A DNA stretch of 64,000 nt, taken from Alphaproteobacteria bacterium. Lineage in GTDB: Bacteria; Pseudomonadota; Alphaproteobacteria; Bin95. Location: contig CBDAVA010000003.1 in assembly GCA_965200785.1 (NCBI GenBank), positions 2,594,605-2,658,604 of the forward strand, in the 5' to 3' direction. Below are positions 31,926 through 41,398 of this stretch, in pieces. The position numbers and the translations under genes were made by a program. How positions within the stretch are numbered: the first letter of the stretch is position 1; every line of letters begins with the position of its first letter. Under the pieces are notes generated by a model, which saw only the letters and a list, made by a program, of their open reading frames with translations, did not search any database and was not told the origin of the DNA.

Positions 31926-33011
31926 TCAGCCTCCGGCCCGACCTTGCAAAAGCAGGTCGCGGTTTATCGGGATATCGCGCATCACCTCGCCCGATGCGCC
32001 AAGACGCGGAACCGAAATCCCGTCGACCGTAATCTCCAGCCCGCCTGCATTGCCAACGCTCAGGACAAGACCGCCGCGGTCCGGCGCCCTGTATCGTTCG
32101 TCCTTGCGCAGCAACCGCTCCAGCAGCACTTCGTTCGTCTCCAGAGACCGGACTTCGATATAGGTCGGCTCGACAGCATGGAATATGATCCCGTTCGGCG
32201 CAAAGACAACATCGCCTGCTTCTTCCAGGGCAGCGCGGCGCTGCGCCGACGGTTCCTGCGGAACCGGCGCAGCCACTGCGGGCAAGCCGGGCCGCACATC
32301 GCCGGCGGCCCCTCCGCCGGCTTCGTCCGGCGTCGGCCCGGCCGATTGCGCAATGTCCTGCTCCGGGGACGCGGCGCCATTGGCCGCCGGGGCCTCGCGC
32401 TCGGTTGCGGGCAGCGGCGTATCGACGTCTGCGGCTGGAAGCGGGGAATCGATAACCGGCGACTCGCGCACCAATCGGCCGTCGGATGAAAAATCTGTCA
32501 TCAGCCGGTCCGGCAACGCCGCAACGACACGTTCATCGCGCAACCGCTCCACGCTGAAATAATACCACCCGGCATAGGCAGCGATCGCGAGAAGCACAGA
32601 AGCGCCCACAAGCGCGCCGCCGGGAAGCGACCGGTCCCGGACGGGCAGCGGCGGCAGCGGCGTATCGGGGCCCGGCCTGGAGTCGAGCACGGCTTCCGCC
32701 CTCTTCAACACCTGCTCGGGGTCCGCTTCGACATACACGGCGTAACTACGGAGAAATGCCCGCGCATAAACCGAATTCGGCAGAGCGCGCCAATCGTCTT
32801 CTTCTATCGCCCTGAGATAAGGCGCCCGGATGCGCAACGCCTGCGAAACATGAAACAGTGTTTCATGCCGCGTTTCCCGGCATCGGCGCAAAAAGGCGCC
32901 TACAGTTTCCTCTTTGTGAGGTTCATGCACTGCCGATGGCGAGTTGCGGCGCTTCTTCGCCCGGATGCGAACAGCGCGCAAACGCGCATGCCATCCACCT
33001 GAATTCTGCAT
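31926..33011 (-). CDS. rodZ: Cytoskeleton protein RodZ (HTH + TM + DUF4115)
   Basis: [25 protein letters not shown], one TM segment, C-terminal GNAGGL. Directly upstream of ispG. Start uncertain. Confidence 0.8.
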   Translation of the reverse strand: MQNSGGWHARLRAVRIRAKKRRNSPSAVHEPHKEETVGAFLRRCRETRHETLFHVSQALRIRAPYLRAIEEDDWRALPNSVYARAFLRSYAVYVEADPEQVLKRAEAVLDSRPGPDTPLPPLPVRDRSLPGGALVGASVLLAIAAYAGWYYFSVERLRDERVVAALPDRLMTDFSSDGRLVRESPVIDSPLPAADVDTPLPATEREAPAANGAASPEQDIAQSAGPTPDEAGGGAAGDVRPGLPAVAAPVPQEPSAQRRAALEEAGDVVFAPNGIIFHAVEPTYIEVRSLETNEVLLERLLRKDERYRAPDRGGLVLSVGNAGGLEITVDGISVPRLGASGEVMRDIPINRDLLLQGRAGG

Positions 33012-33085
33012 CGACGCGTGAACTTCCTTTCCGCTGGTGAAATATGTCAGAGGCAGCCTCGGTAAATCAAGCGTGAAGTGCGGAT

Positions 33086-35341
33086 TCAGAGCGGGATTTG
33101 GTGATCGAGCGCATAGGCGCGCAATTTATCGCGCACTGTGCGGTCCGCCCGGCCGGCCAGGGAGCGGACATAGCGGGACAACGGCGCGACATCGGTTGCA
33201 CGCAGCATCGCCTTGACCGGGCCGATGGATGCCGGCGCAACCGATAACTTGCGAAAACCCAATCCGATCAACGTCATAGCCTCCAGAACGCCTCCCGCCA
33301 TTTCCCCGCAGAATGTGATCGGCCGATTCGCACCCCTGGCGCTGTCCACGATGTAGGCAAAGAACGCGAGGACCGAAGGGGACAGGACGTCATAGCGCGT
33401 TGCGACCTTGTGATTGGCCCGGTCAGCGGCGAAGAAGAACTGCAGCAGGTCATTGCTGCCGACCGAGATGAAATCCGTCCGCCGCAGCAGAGTCGGCAGT
33501 TGCCAAACCAGCGCCGGAACCTCCAGCATCGCCCCGGCTGCAACCGAAGACGGGGTCTCGTTCCCCCGCCTGCGCTCCCGCTGGATCTCGGCATCGAGAA
33601 TCGCCCTGGCGCGTTCGAATTCGGAGACTTCGGCCACCATCGGAAACATGACATGCAAATCCCGGCCGGCAGCCGCGCGCACCATGGCCCGAAGTTGATG
33701 GCGCAGCATCTGCGGGCGGTCGAGGGTTAGCCGCAACGCCCGCCAGCCCATCGCCGGGTTTTCCTCCTCCGCAAGCCGCCAATAGGGCAGCACCTTGTCG
33801 CCGCCGATATCGAGCGTGCGGAACACCAGCGGGCGCCCCTCCGACAGGTCCAGAGCCCGGCTGTAAAGGCGCTGCTGGTCGCCAACATCGGGGAAACGCG
33901 ACCGGACCATGAACGGAATCTCGGTCCGGTACAGCCCGACGCCTTCTGCGCCCACATCGGCGACCTGCTGAATGTCGATCAGCAGGCCCGCATTGATGTT
34001 CAGCGATACCTCCACACCGTCTCGCGAGCGGGCCGCCTTGTCCCGGAGCACGGCGAATTGCGCCCGCCGCTCCGCCCGAATCTGCATGGCATGGTGAAAA
34101 TTCACCTCGACCTGCCCGCCGGGCCTGACAAAGACCTGCCCGTTCTCGCCGTCCACCGCGACCCGGTCCCCGACCTCCGCTATGGTGGAAATGTCCTTGA
34201 GATTACCCAGGACAGGAATATCCAGAGCGCGCGCCACGATCACGACATGGGCGGTGTGCGACCCTTCTTCCAGAAGCAAGGCGCGCAGCCGTTCCCGCGG
34301 ATAGTCAAGCAACTCCGCCGGCCCCATCTGCCGGGCCACCAGCACCGCATCTGTAGGCAGCATGTCCCTTTGCATCCGGCCGGTCTCTCCGGCCAAGTGC
34401 TGCAGCAACCGGTTGCTGAGATCGTCGAGATCGTGGAGACGCTCGCGGAAGAACGGATCGCGCAGCTTGCGCATACGGGCGCGCATCTGCTCCTGAATGC
34501 GCACCACTGCGCCTTCGGCGGTCAGTCCGCTGCGCACAGCCGTGTGAATCCGGGAGAGCCAGCCCCGGTCCTCGGCAAACATCCGATAGGCTTGCAGGAC
34601 TTCCCGGTGCTCGCCTTCGCCGGCCAGGTCGGCAGCATGGAACCGGTCGTCGAGCGCGCGGTGCATCTGCTCCAACGCGTCATCGACGCGCGTGATCTCC
34701 TCGGCGGCGTCACCGCCCGACACCATGCTTTGCACGGGCAGTCGGGCCTCGTGCATGTAGGCTGTCCCGAGCGCAACGCCGGCGTTCAGCACCCTGCCTT
34801 CCAGGCGCACGGGGCGCGCATCGCTGCTGGGCTCGTCGCTTGGCGTCTCCTGCGCGGCGACAACCTCCGCAACCAGCATCGCGACGGTCTGGAGCGCATC
34901 CACCTCGTCTCTGGCATACAGGCGGGGCCGGACATTCTGCACCGTCAACACGCCGGAAACGCGCCCGCCGCGCAGCAGCGGCACGCCGACGAAGGAATGG
35001 AACGCATCCTCGCCGGTTTCCGGCCTCCAGGCGAAATTCTTGTGCGCCGCCGCCTCCGGCAGATTCACCGGCCGGGCGTTCTCCGCAACCAGGCCGACCA
35101 GGCCCTCGCCGACCGCCAGCGTCGTATTGTGCACAGCCTTCGGATTGAGCCCCCTCGTCGCCGTAAGCAACAGGCGGTTCTCTTGACTCCGGATGTAGAT
35201 GGAGCAGACCTCCGCCCCCATCACGTCGGCGATCTCGGCCGAGATGGCGTCCAGACGGTCCTGCCTGTCCACGACCGTTGCCGCCACCTCGCGGACCCGC
35301 TGCAGCAGGAGCCGCGATGTATCCGGGTCGCCGGCCTGCAT
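33086..35341 (-). CDS. ptsP: Phosphoenolpyruvate-protein phosphotransferase EI(Ntr)
   Basis: N-terminal GAF domain (EVCSIY, GEGLVG), HTAHV phospho-His region, GLYRTE, DIGGDK, EENPAMGWR, GSNDL, CGEMAG. Confidence 0.94.
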   Translation of the reverse strand: MQAGDPDTSRLLLQRVREVAATVVDRQDRLDAISAEIADVMGAEVCSIYIRSQENRLLLTATRGLNPKAVHNTTLAVGEGLVGLVAENARPVNLPEAAAHKNFAWRPETGEDAFHSFVGVPLLRGGRVSGVLTVQNVRPRLYARDEVDALQTVAMLVAEVVAAQETPSDEPSSDARPVRLEGRVLNAGVALGTAYMHEARLPVQSMVSGGDAAEEITRVDDALEQMHRALDDRFHAADLAGEGEHREVLQAYRMFAEDRGWLSRIHTAVRSGLTAEGAVVRIQEQMRARMRKLRDPFFRERLHDLDDLSNRLLQHLAGETGRMQRDMLPTDAVLVARQMGPAELLDYPRERLRALLLEEGSHTAHVVIVARALDIPVLGNLKDISTIAEVGDRVAVDGENGQVFVRPGGQVEVNFHHAMQIRAERRAQFAVLRDKAARSRDGVEVSLNINAGLLIDIQQVADVGAEGVGLYRTEIPFMVRSRFPDVGDQQRLYSRALDLSEGRPLVFRTLDIGGDKVLPYWRLAEEENPAMGWRALRLTLDRPQMLRHQLRAMVRAAAGRDLHVMFPMVAEVSEFERARAILDAEIQRERRRGNETPSSVAAGAMLEVPALVWQLPTLLRRTDFISVGSNDLLQFFFAADRANHKVATRYDVLSPSVLAFFAYIVDSARGANRPITFCGEMAGGVLEAMTLIGLGFRKLSVAPASIGPVKAMLRATDVAPLSRYVRSLAGRADRTVRDKLRAYALDHQIPL

Positions 35342-36381
35342 CACACGCGGTCCCTTTGCGCCAGCATGGCGGTTGCCTGACTGCAGAGCTCGTCGAGAAT
35401 GGCGGAGACCGGCTGGATTCGTTTCACCATGCCGACGCTCTGGCCGGCCATCACCGAGCCGTTCTCGACATCCCCCTCCAGAACGGCGCGGCGCAGCGCG
35501 CCGGCCCAGAAGTGCTCGATTTCCAACTGCGCCGCCTTGAGGTCGAGTTCGCCGGCCCGGTAGCGGGCGATGACCTCATGCTGGAACAAGCCGAAACGCC
35601 GCGACGCGTCATTGGCGAGGGCCCGCACCGGAACGACCGGAAATCGCGGGTCCACCTGTTGGGAGAGCACGGCGTCCCGGGCTTCGCCGCGCAGGAACGC
35701 CTGCTTGAAACGCGGATGCGCGATGGACTCCTCCGCAGCAGCAAAGCGCGTTCCGATCTGGCAGCCGGACGCCCCCATCTCCAGAAAGGCCAGGATCGCC
35801 TCGCCCCGACCGATGCCGCCGGCAACAAACACCGGAACCTCGCGAACCAGCGGCAGGATTTCCTGGGCCAATACAGCGGTGGCGACGGGTCCGGTGTGCC
35901 CGCCCGCCTCTGCGCCCTCGACGACAAGCGCATCGGCGCCGTCGCGAACCAATTTGCGCGCCAGCGTCAGCGCCGGCGCAAAGCACAGCAGTCTGGCGCC
36001 CCACCCCTTGACACGGCGCATCGCCGCCCGCCCCGGCAGCCCGCCGGCAAGCACGACATGGCTGACGCCCATTTCGCCGCAAACATCGATCAACGCATCC
36101 AGCCGGGGGTGCATGGTGATGAGATTGACCCCGAAAGGCTTGTCCGTCAGCGCAAAGGTGCCGGCAATCTCCAACGCCAGACGGTCCGGCTCCATCGCGC
36201 CGCAGGCGATAACCCCGAACCCGCCGGCGTCGGATATCGCCGAGACCAGATTTCGCTCCGAAACCCAGGTCATCGCGCCGCCCATAACGGCGGTCCTGCA
36301 GCCCAGGAACTCCCGGCCGCGCGCCCAGAGGCGGTCGAGCCGGGCCCTGGATCCGGCGTCAGTCGCTGTGGTCGAGGCCAT
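35341..36381 (-). CDS. Nitronate monooxygenase / FabK-like flavin oxidoreductase
   Basis: GGAMTWVS, EGAEAGGHTG, VAGGIG, GTRF, GSVMAGQS. Located between lysC and ptsP. Start trimmed to ATG 36381. Confidence 0.85.
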   Translation of the reverse strand: MASTTATDAGSRARLDRLWARGREFLGCRTAVMGGAMTWVSERNLVSAISDAGGFGVIACGAMEPDRLALEIAGTFALTDKPFGVNLITMHPRLDALIDVCGEMGVSHVVLAGGLPGRAAMRRVKGWGARLLCFAPALTLARKLVRDGADALVVEGAEAGGHTGPVATAVLAQEILPLVREVPVFVAGGIGRGEAILAFLEMGASGCQIGTRFAAAEESIAHPRFKQAFLRGEARDAVLSQQVDPRFPVVPVRALANDASRRFGLFQHEVIARYRAGELDLKAAQLEIEHFWAGALRRAVLEGDVENGSVMAGQSVGMVKRIQPVSAILDELCSQATAMLAQRDRV

Positions 36382-37576
36382 AGGCCGTGTGCAGCGCCCG
36401 CGCTGCAAGCTCCGCATATTCCTCGGCGATAAGCACGCTGATCTTGATCTCGGATGTGGAAATGACTTCGATATTGATGCCGCGCGCGGCCAGTGTCGCG
36501 AACATTCTCTGGGCGACGCCGGCATGGCTGCGCATGCCGATGCCGACGACCGAAACCTTGGCGACATTCCGGTCCGGCACAAGCGCATTGAACGCCAGAG
36601 AGGCCGCTCTCAGCAAGGCCGCGGCGCGGTCGAGATCGGCCTTCGGCACGGTAAAGGTGATGTCTGTATGCGCACCGCCGTCGGCGACATTCTGGACGAT
36701 CATATCGACATTGATCTCGGCATCCGCCAGCGGACCGAAAATGGCGGCGGCAACGCCCGGGCGGTCCTCCACGCCGGTCAGCGTCATCTTTGCATCCTCG
36801 CGGGAGACCGCCACTCCGGTAACGACCTGCTCTTCCACTATCTCATCCTCGCCGACAATCATCGTTCCCGGCGCATCCTGGAAACTCGACAGCACCTGGA
36901 GCCGCACGCCGCACCGCATCGCCATGGCCACGGAACGCGTCTGCAACACCTTGGCGCCCTGGCTTGCCATTTCCAGCATTTCCTCGAAGGTGATACGGCT
37001 GATCTTCTGCGCCCGCGGGACAACTCTGGGGTCGCAAGTATAGACGCCGTCCACATCGGTATAGATATCGCAGCGATCCGCCTCCAGCGCAGCAGCGAGC
37101 GCCACTGCCGTCGTGTCCGATCCGCCCCTTCCAAGCGTGGTGATCCGTCCTTCGGGTGAAAGCCCCTGGAATCCCGCGACCACGGCGACCTGCCCCGACT
37201 CCGTCACCGCCCGCAGCGCGCCGCTTTCGATATGCCGGATGCGCGCCCGTCCATGCGTCCGATCTGTCCGAATCGGGATCTGCCAACCCTGGAAGGACCG
37301 CGCCGGCACGCCCATCTTCTGCAATGTCAGCGCCATAAGCCCGCTCGTCACCTGCTCGCCGGAGGCAACGACCGCGTCATGTTCGGCCGCGTCATAGAGA
37401 GGCGAGACGGCGGCCACCTGATCGACAAGATCATTGGTGACACCCGACATTGCCGATACCACCACCGTCACCTCGTGCCCTGCCGCAGCTTCTGCGGCCA
37501 CACGCTCGGCGGCGCTGCATATCCGCGCCCGATTCGCGACCGATGTGCCGCCGAATTTCAATACAAGACGCGCCAT
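36359..37576 (-). CDS. lysC: Aspartate kinase
   Basis: KFGGTSV, VVSAM, TTLGRGGSD, YTDVDG, two ACT domains (INVDMIVQ, ISTSEIKIS). Confidence 0.95.
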   Translation of the reverse strand: MARLVLKFGGTSVANRARICSAAERVAAEAAAGHEVTVVVSAMSGVTNDLVDQVAAVSPLYDAAEHDAVVASGEQVTSGLMALTLQKMGVPARSFQGWQIPIRTDRTHGRARIRHIESGALRAVTESGQVAVVAGFQGLSPEGRITTLGRGGSDTTAVALAAALEADRCDIYTDVDGVYTCDPRVVPRAQKISRITFEEMLEMASQGAKVLQTRSVAMAMRCGVRLQVLSSFQDAPGTMIVGEDEIVEEQVVTGVAVSREDAKMTLTGVEDRPGVAAAIFGPLADAEINVDMIVQNVADGGAHTDITFTVPKADLDRAAALLRAASLAFNALVPDRNVAKVSVVGIGMRSHAGVAQRMFATLAARGINIEVISTSEIKISVLIAEEYAELAARALHTAYGLDHSD

Positions 37577-37659
37577 GAATATCCTTCAACCGCCGGCGGC
37601 CGCTTGCCGCCGGCGGGCGGGCGCAACATATTCCGGGCTTCTGGATGGAACAAGTTCCG

Positions 37660-38709
37660 ATGACAGAGTTCGGCGCGACCGTGGACCCGGAAGAAACCCG
37701 CCGCTTCGCCGCGATCGCGGATGAGTGGTGGGATCCGAACGGCCAGTTCAGGCCGCTGCACGCCATGAACCCGGTCCGGATCGGCTGGCTGCGGGACCGC
37801 ATTGCCGCGCATTTCGGCCGCAACCCTCTGGCGCTGCGGCCGTTGCAGGGGCTTGCCGTTCTGGATGCCGGCTGCGGCGGCGGCCTCGCCGCGGAACCGT
37901 TCTTTCGGCTTGGCGCCCGGGTGACGGCCATTGATGCCGAATCCGAAACAGTGAAGGTCGCGCGCGCCCACGCGGCGGCGGCCGGGCTCCACATCGATTA
38001 CCGCTGCGGCGCCGTCGAGTCGCTGACTGCCGAGCGCTTCGATGTGGTTCTTGCCCTGGAGCTCGTCGAACATGTCGCCGACCTCGGCGCCTTCGTCCGT
38101 GCGGCGGCGGCGGTGCTCAAACCAGGCGGGATCATGCTGATCTCGACAATCAACCGCACGGCGGCAAGCCTGGCCGCGGCAAAGATCGGCGCGGAATACG
38201 TGCTGCGCTGGCTACCGGTCGGCACGCATCGTTTCTCGCGCTTCGTCAAGCCGTCCGAACTCGTCCGCGCAGCCCGTGCCGCGGGTTTGCGTCCCTCCGC
38301 CCTTTCGGGCATGAGCTACAGGCCGCTCTCCGGCGCCTGGTCCCTCTCCCGCGACCTTTCGGTGAACTACATGATGGCTGCAACCTCCCCTCGCGACCCC
38401 GGCCTTGTCAGTGATTACGGCGGCCGGAACGCCGGTCCCGTCGAGCGCGACGAGACGCCGCCGGACGCCTTCGGCAAGCGCGTGGACGCCATGAAGGTGC
38501 TGCTTCAGAGCCACGATCCGCGCCTCACCAGCGACAGCAGCCGGCGCGGCCAGGAGGATCTGTCCCAGGCGCTCTATGACGGGCTGAGCTACTATGACCG
38601 CTGGCTGCTGGCCCTCAAGGCCAACATTGTCGAGCTCGGCATTCTCCGGGAGGAGGAAATCGCCGAGCGTCTTGCACGATATCGAGAAAAGGACTCTTCC
38701 GAGATATGA
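37660..38709 (+). CDS. ubiG: Ubiquinone O-methyltransferase UbiG with a C-terminal nitrile-hydratase-beta/ScnB-like extension
   Basis: WWDPNG..PLHAMNPVR, LDAGCGGG, ELVEHV, STINRT, AEYVLRWLPVGTH, VNYM, then about 105 extra in-frame residues. Alternative start 37645. Confidence 0.88.
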   Translation: MTEFGATVDPEETRRFAAIADEWWDPNGQFRPLHAMNPVRIGWLRDRIAAHFGRNPLALRPLQGLAVLDAGCGGGLAAEPFFRLGARVTAIDAESETVKVARAHAAAAGLHIDYRCGAVESLTAERFDVVLALELVEHVADLGAFVRAAAAVLKPGGIMLISTINRTAASLAAAKIGAEYVLRWLPVGTHRFSRFVKPSELVRAARAAGLRPSALSGMSYRPLSGAWSLSRDLSVNYMMAATSPRDPGLVSDYGGRNAGPVERDETPPDAFGKRVDAMKVLLQSHDPRLTSDSSRRGQEDLSQALYDGLSYYDRWLLALKANIVELGILREEEIAERLARYREKDSSEI

Positions 38710-39554
38710 AAACCGGCGTCTTCATCTTTCCGACCGACTACAGCATCGGCATTGCGGAACTCGCGCGCGCCCTGGAAGACCGAGGTTTCGAAGCGCTGTT
38801 CGTTCCCGAGCACACGCATATTCCTGTCAGCCGGCGCTCGCCCTTCCCGTCCGGCGGCGAGTTGCAGAAGCGTTATGCGCACACCCACGATCCGTTCGTG
38901 GCCCTCGCCTTCGCGGCGGCGGCGACCGAGAAACTCACCATCGGCACCGGCATCTGCCTGCTGGCGCAGCGTGATCCGATCGTCACCGCCAAGGTGGTGG
39001 CCAGCCTGGACCAGCTCTCCGGCGGCCGCTTCTTGTTCGGTATCGGGGGCGGCTGGAATGTCGAGGAGATGGAGGACCATGGCGCGACATACCGGACGCG
39101 CTTCGCGATCGTGCGCGAACGTGTGCTCGCGATGAAGAAACTCTGGACCGAGGATGAGGCTTCGTTCTCGGGCAAGCATGTATCCTTCGAGCCGTGCTGG
39201 TCCTGGCCGAAGCCGGCCCAGACCCCGAACCCGCCGGTGCTGATGGGCGGGGAGACAGACTACACGCTGCGCCGGGTTGTCGAATATTGCGACGGCTGGC
39301 TGCCGCGCCCGCGCCCGGGGTTCGATCCGAAAGCGGAGATGGCGCGCTTGCGCGCCCATGCGGACGCCGCCGGCCGGGACATGGCCGACTTGCAGGTCAC
39401 CTTGTTTCGCGCGCCGCCGGACAAGGATGCGCTCGCGGCCTGCGAGGACGCCGGCATCGACCGCGTATTGCTGGAAGTGCCGGACGTCAGCCGCGACGAA
39501 GCGCTCAGGCTGCTGGACGACTACGCGCCGCTTGCGGCGGGGTCCTCGCGATAG
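38706..39554 (+). CDS. Luciferase-like monooxygenase, probable F420-dependent oxidoreductase (Rv2161c-like)
   Basis: PEHTHIP, DPFVAL, AKVVASLDQLSGGRF, GWNVEE, DGWLP. Confidence 0.82.
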   Translation: MKTGVFIFPTDYSIGIAELARALEDRGFEALFVPEHTHIPVSRRSPFPSGGELQKRYAHTHDPFVALAFAAAATEKLTIGTGICLLAQRDPIVTAKVVASLDQLSGGRFLFGIGGGWNVEEMEDHGATYRTRFAIVRERVLAMKKLWTEDEASFSGKHVSFEPCWSWPKPAQTPNPPVLMGGETDYTLRRVVEYCDGWLPRPRPGFDPKAEMARLRAHADAAGRDMADLQVTLFRAPPDKDALAACEDAGIDRVLLEVPDVSRDEALRLLDDYAPLAAGSSR

Positions 39555-39629
39555 CCCGGCCCGCCGCCGGCAAACACCGGGTGCAATCCGCGTTTTTCGG
39601 GAAGCGCAAGACGGGTCCGGCGCGGCGAG

Positions 39630-40853
39630 ATGAACCGCACACGCAAAGCCGCCCCGCCGCATAGCGCCGGGTCTTTCGTGCCGCGCCTGTGCAACCGGGC
39701 CGCCCGCCGGCTGTTCCTGGACCGGCACGGCCTCGGGCGCCCGCCGCAGGGGGAAGACCTGGCCGGGCTTGTCGAGCGCATCGGCTTCGTGCAGATCGAC
39801 AGCATCGCCACTGTCGAACGCGCTCATCACATGATCCTGGCGGCCCGCCGGCGCAGCTATCGACCGGGGCAGCTTGCCGGCCTGCTGGAACGCAGGCGGG
39901 TGTTGTTCGAGCACTGGACCCATGACGCCTCGGCGATCCCCACGGCGTTTTACCCCTATTGGCGGCTCCGGTTCCGGCGGGACGCGGAGCGCCTGAGAGC
40001 GCGCTGGAGAAGCTGGCGGCGGGCGGGCTTCGAGGAACGGTTCGAGGATGTGCTGAAGCGCATCCGGGAAGGCGGGCCTGTCATGGCGCGCGAGTTCGGC
40101 AGCGGACAACGGCCTGCATCCGGCTGGTGGGACTGGCATCCCTCGAAGACGGCGCTGGAGTTCCTCTGGCGCACCGGCGCGCTCGCCATCGACCGGCGCG
40201 AGGGCTTCCAGAAAGTGTTCGACCTGGCCGAGCGCGTCATTCCCGAACCTTTCCGCATCCCGGCGCCGAGCGATCAGGAAACGATCGACTGGGCATGCGC
40301 AGGCGCTCTTGACCGCCTCGGTTTCGCCACGCCGCGCGAGATCGCGGCCTTCTGGGCCACCGCCTCCCTGGAAGAGGCGCAAACCTGGTGCGCCGACCGG
40401 GATGCAGGGGAGCTCCTTGAGGTGGAGGTGGAAGGCGCCCGGCCCGGCAACACCCGCCGCCTGTTCGCGCGCCCCGACATTTGCGAGCAGGCCGGCCATG
40501 TGCGGGACCCGCCCGGCGGGGTGCGGGTGCTCAGCCCCTTCGACCCGGCATTGCGCGACCGCAAGCGGGCCGAATGGCTATTCGGTTTCCGCTACCGCAT
40601 CGAGATCTATGTGCCGGAAGAAAAGCGCGAATACGGCTATTACGTCTTTCCGCTGCTGGAGGGCGACCGGCTGATCGGCCGTATCGACATGCGCCGCCGG
40701 GAGGGCCTGCTGCGCGTGCGGGCGCTTTGGGCCGAGACAGGCGCGCGCCTCGGCAAGGGGCGGCTGGAGCGCATCGAGCGGGAACTGGGTCGTATCGCCC
40801 GCTTCGCCGGCTGCGAGAACATTGTCTTCGAGAACGGATGGCTTCGGGGATAG
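39630..40853 (+). CDS. YcaQ/AlkZ-family winged-helix DNA crosslink-repair glycosylase (HTH_42)
   Basis: FVQIDSI (QxD), FEHWTHDA, LSPFDP, YRIEIYVP..REYGYY. Start uncertain (39630 or 39678). Confidence 0.85.
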   Translation: MNRTRKAAPPHSAGSFVPRLCNRAARRLFLDRHGLGRPPQGEDLAGLVERIGFVQIDSIATVERAHHMILAARRRSYRPGQLAGLLERRRVLFEHWTHDASAIPTAFYPYWRLRFRRDAERLRARWRSWRRAGFEERFEDVLKRIREGGPVMAREFGSGQRPASGWWDWHPSKTALEFLWRTGALAIDRREGFQKVFDLAERVIPEPFRIPAPSDQETIDWACAGALDRLGFATPREIAAFWATASLEEAQTWCADRDAGELLEVEVEGARPGNTRRLFARPDICEQAGHVRDPPGGVRVLSPFDPALRDRKRAEWLFGFRYRIEIYVPEEKREYGYYVFPLLEGDRLIGRIDMRRREGLLRVRALWAETGARLGKGRLERIERELGRIARFAGCENIVFENGWLRG

Positions 40854-40885
40854 CGGCAGGACGACCGCCGCTGGCCCGGCTTCGC

Positions 40886-41398
40886 TTATCCCGCGCCGAA
40901 ACCCGCCGGTCGCCGCGATGCGCCGGTCTGCAGCGCCACCGCGTCCTCAAGCCATGCCCGCACATAGGCGGCAAAGGAACGGCTGACGAAGAGCCGCCAA
41001 ATGCCGCCTTCCCGCGGCTCCAGAAGCGCATTGGCGCGCGCCAGCGCAGTCTGCGCGCACGCCCCCGGCCGCAGCGCCTCAAGATCGACTCGGCAACCGG
41101 AGGCCAGAATGTCGCATGCGCCGGGGCCGGACAGCTCCAGCACCGCGCGTGCCTCGCCAATGTCAACAATCGCGCAATGCTGCCCTGCCAGCGCCTCTTC
41201 CAGCGCGCCTGTCATGTCGGCCTCTGATACCAGCAGCCATTCGTCGGGGCCGAGCCACAAGGCCCGCCCCGCAGCGACCGTATTCGGCGTATCGGGCAGG
41301 TCGAGGCCCAGCACACCGGAGACGGCTGCCCGGAACGCCGGCCCGTCGCCGCGCAGCACCGCCAGATACAGCCCGTCGATCTCGCGCACCTCAACCAT
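40886..41398 (-). CDS. soxG: Sarcosine oxidase gamma subunit
   Basis: ALWLGPDEWL, CAQT, RSFAAY. Last gene of soxBDAG. Confidence 0.85.
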   Translation of the reverse strand: MVEVREIDGLYLAVLRGDGPAFRAAVSGVLGLDLPDTPNTVAAGRALWLGPDEWLLVSEADMTGALEEALAGQHCAIVDIGEARAVLELSGPGACDILASGCRVDLEALRPGACAQTALARANALLEPREGGIWRLFVSRSFAAYVRAWLEDAVALQTGASRRPAGFGAG

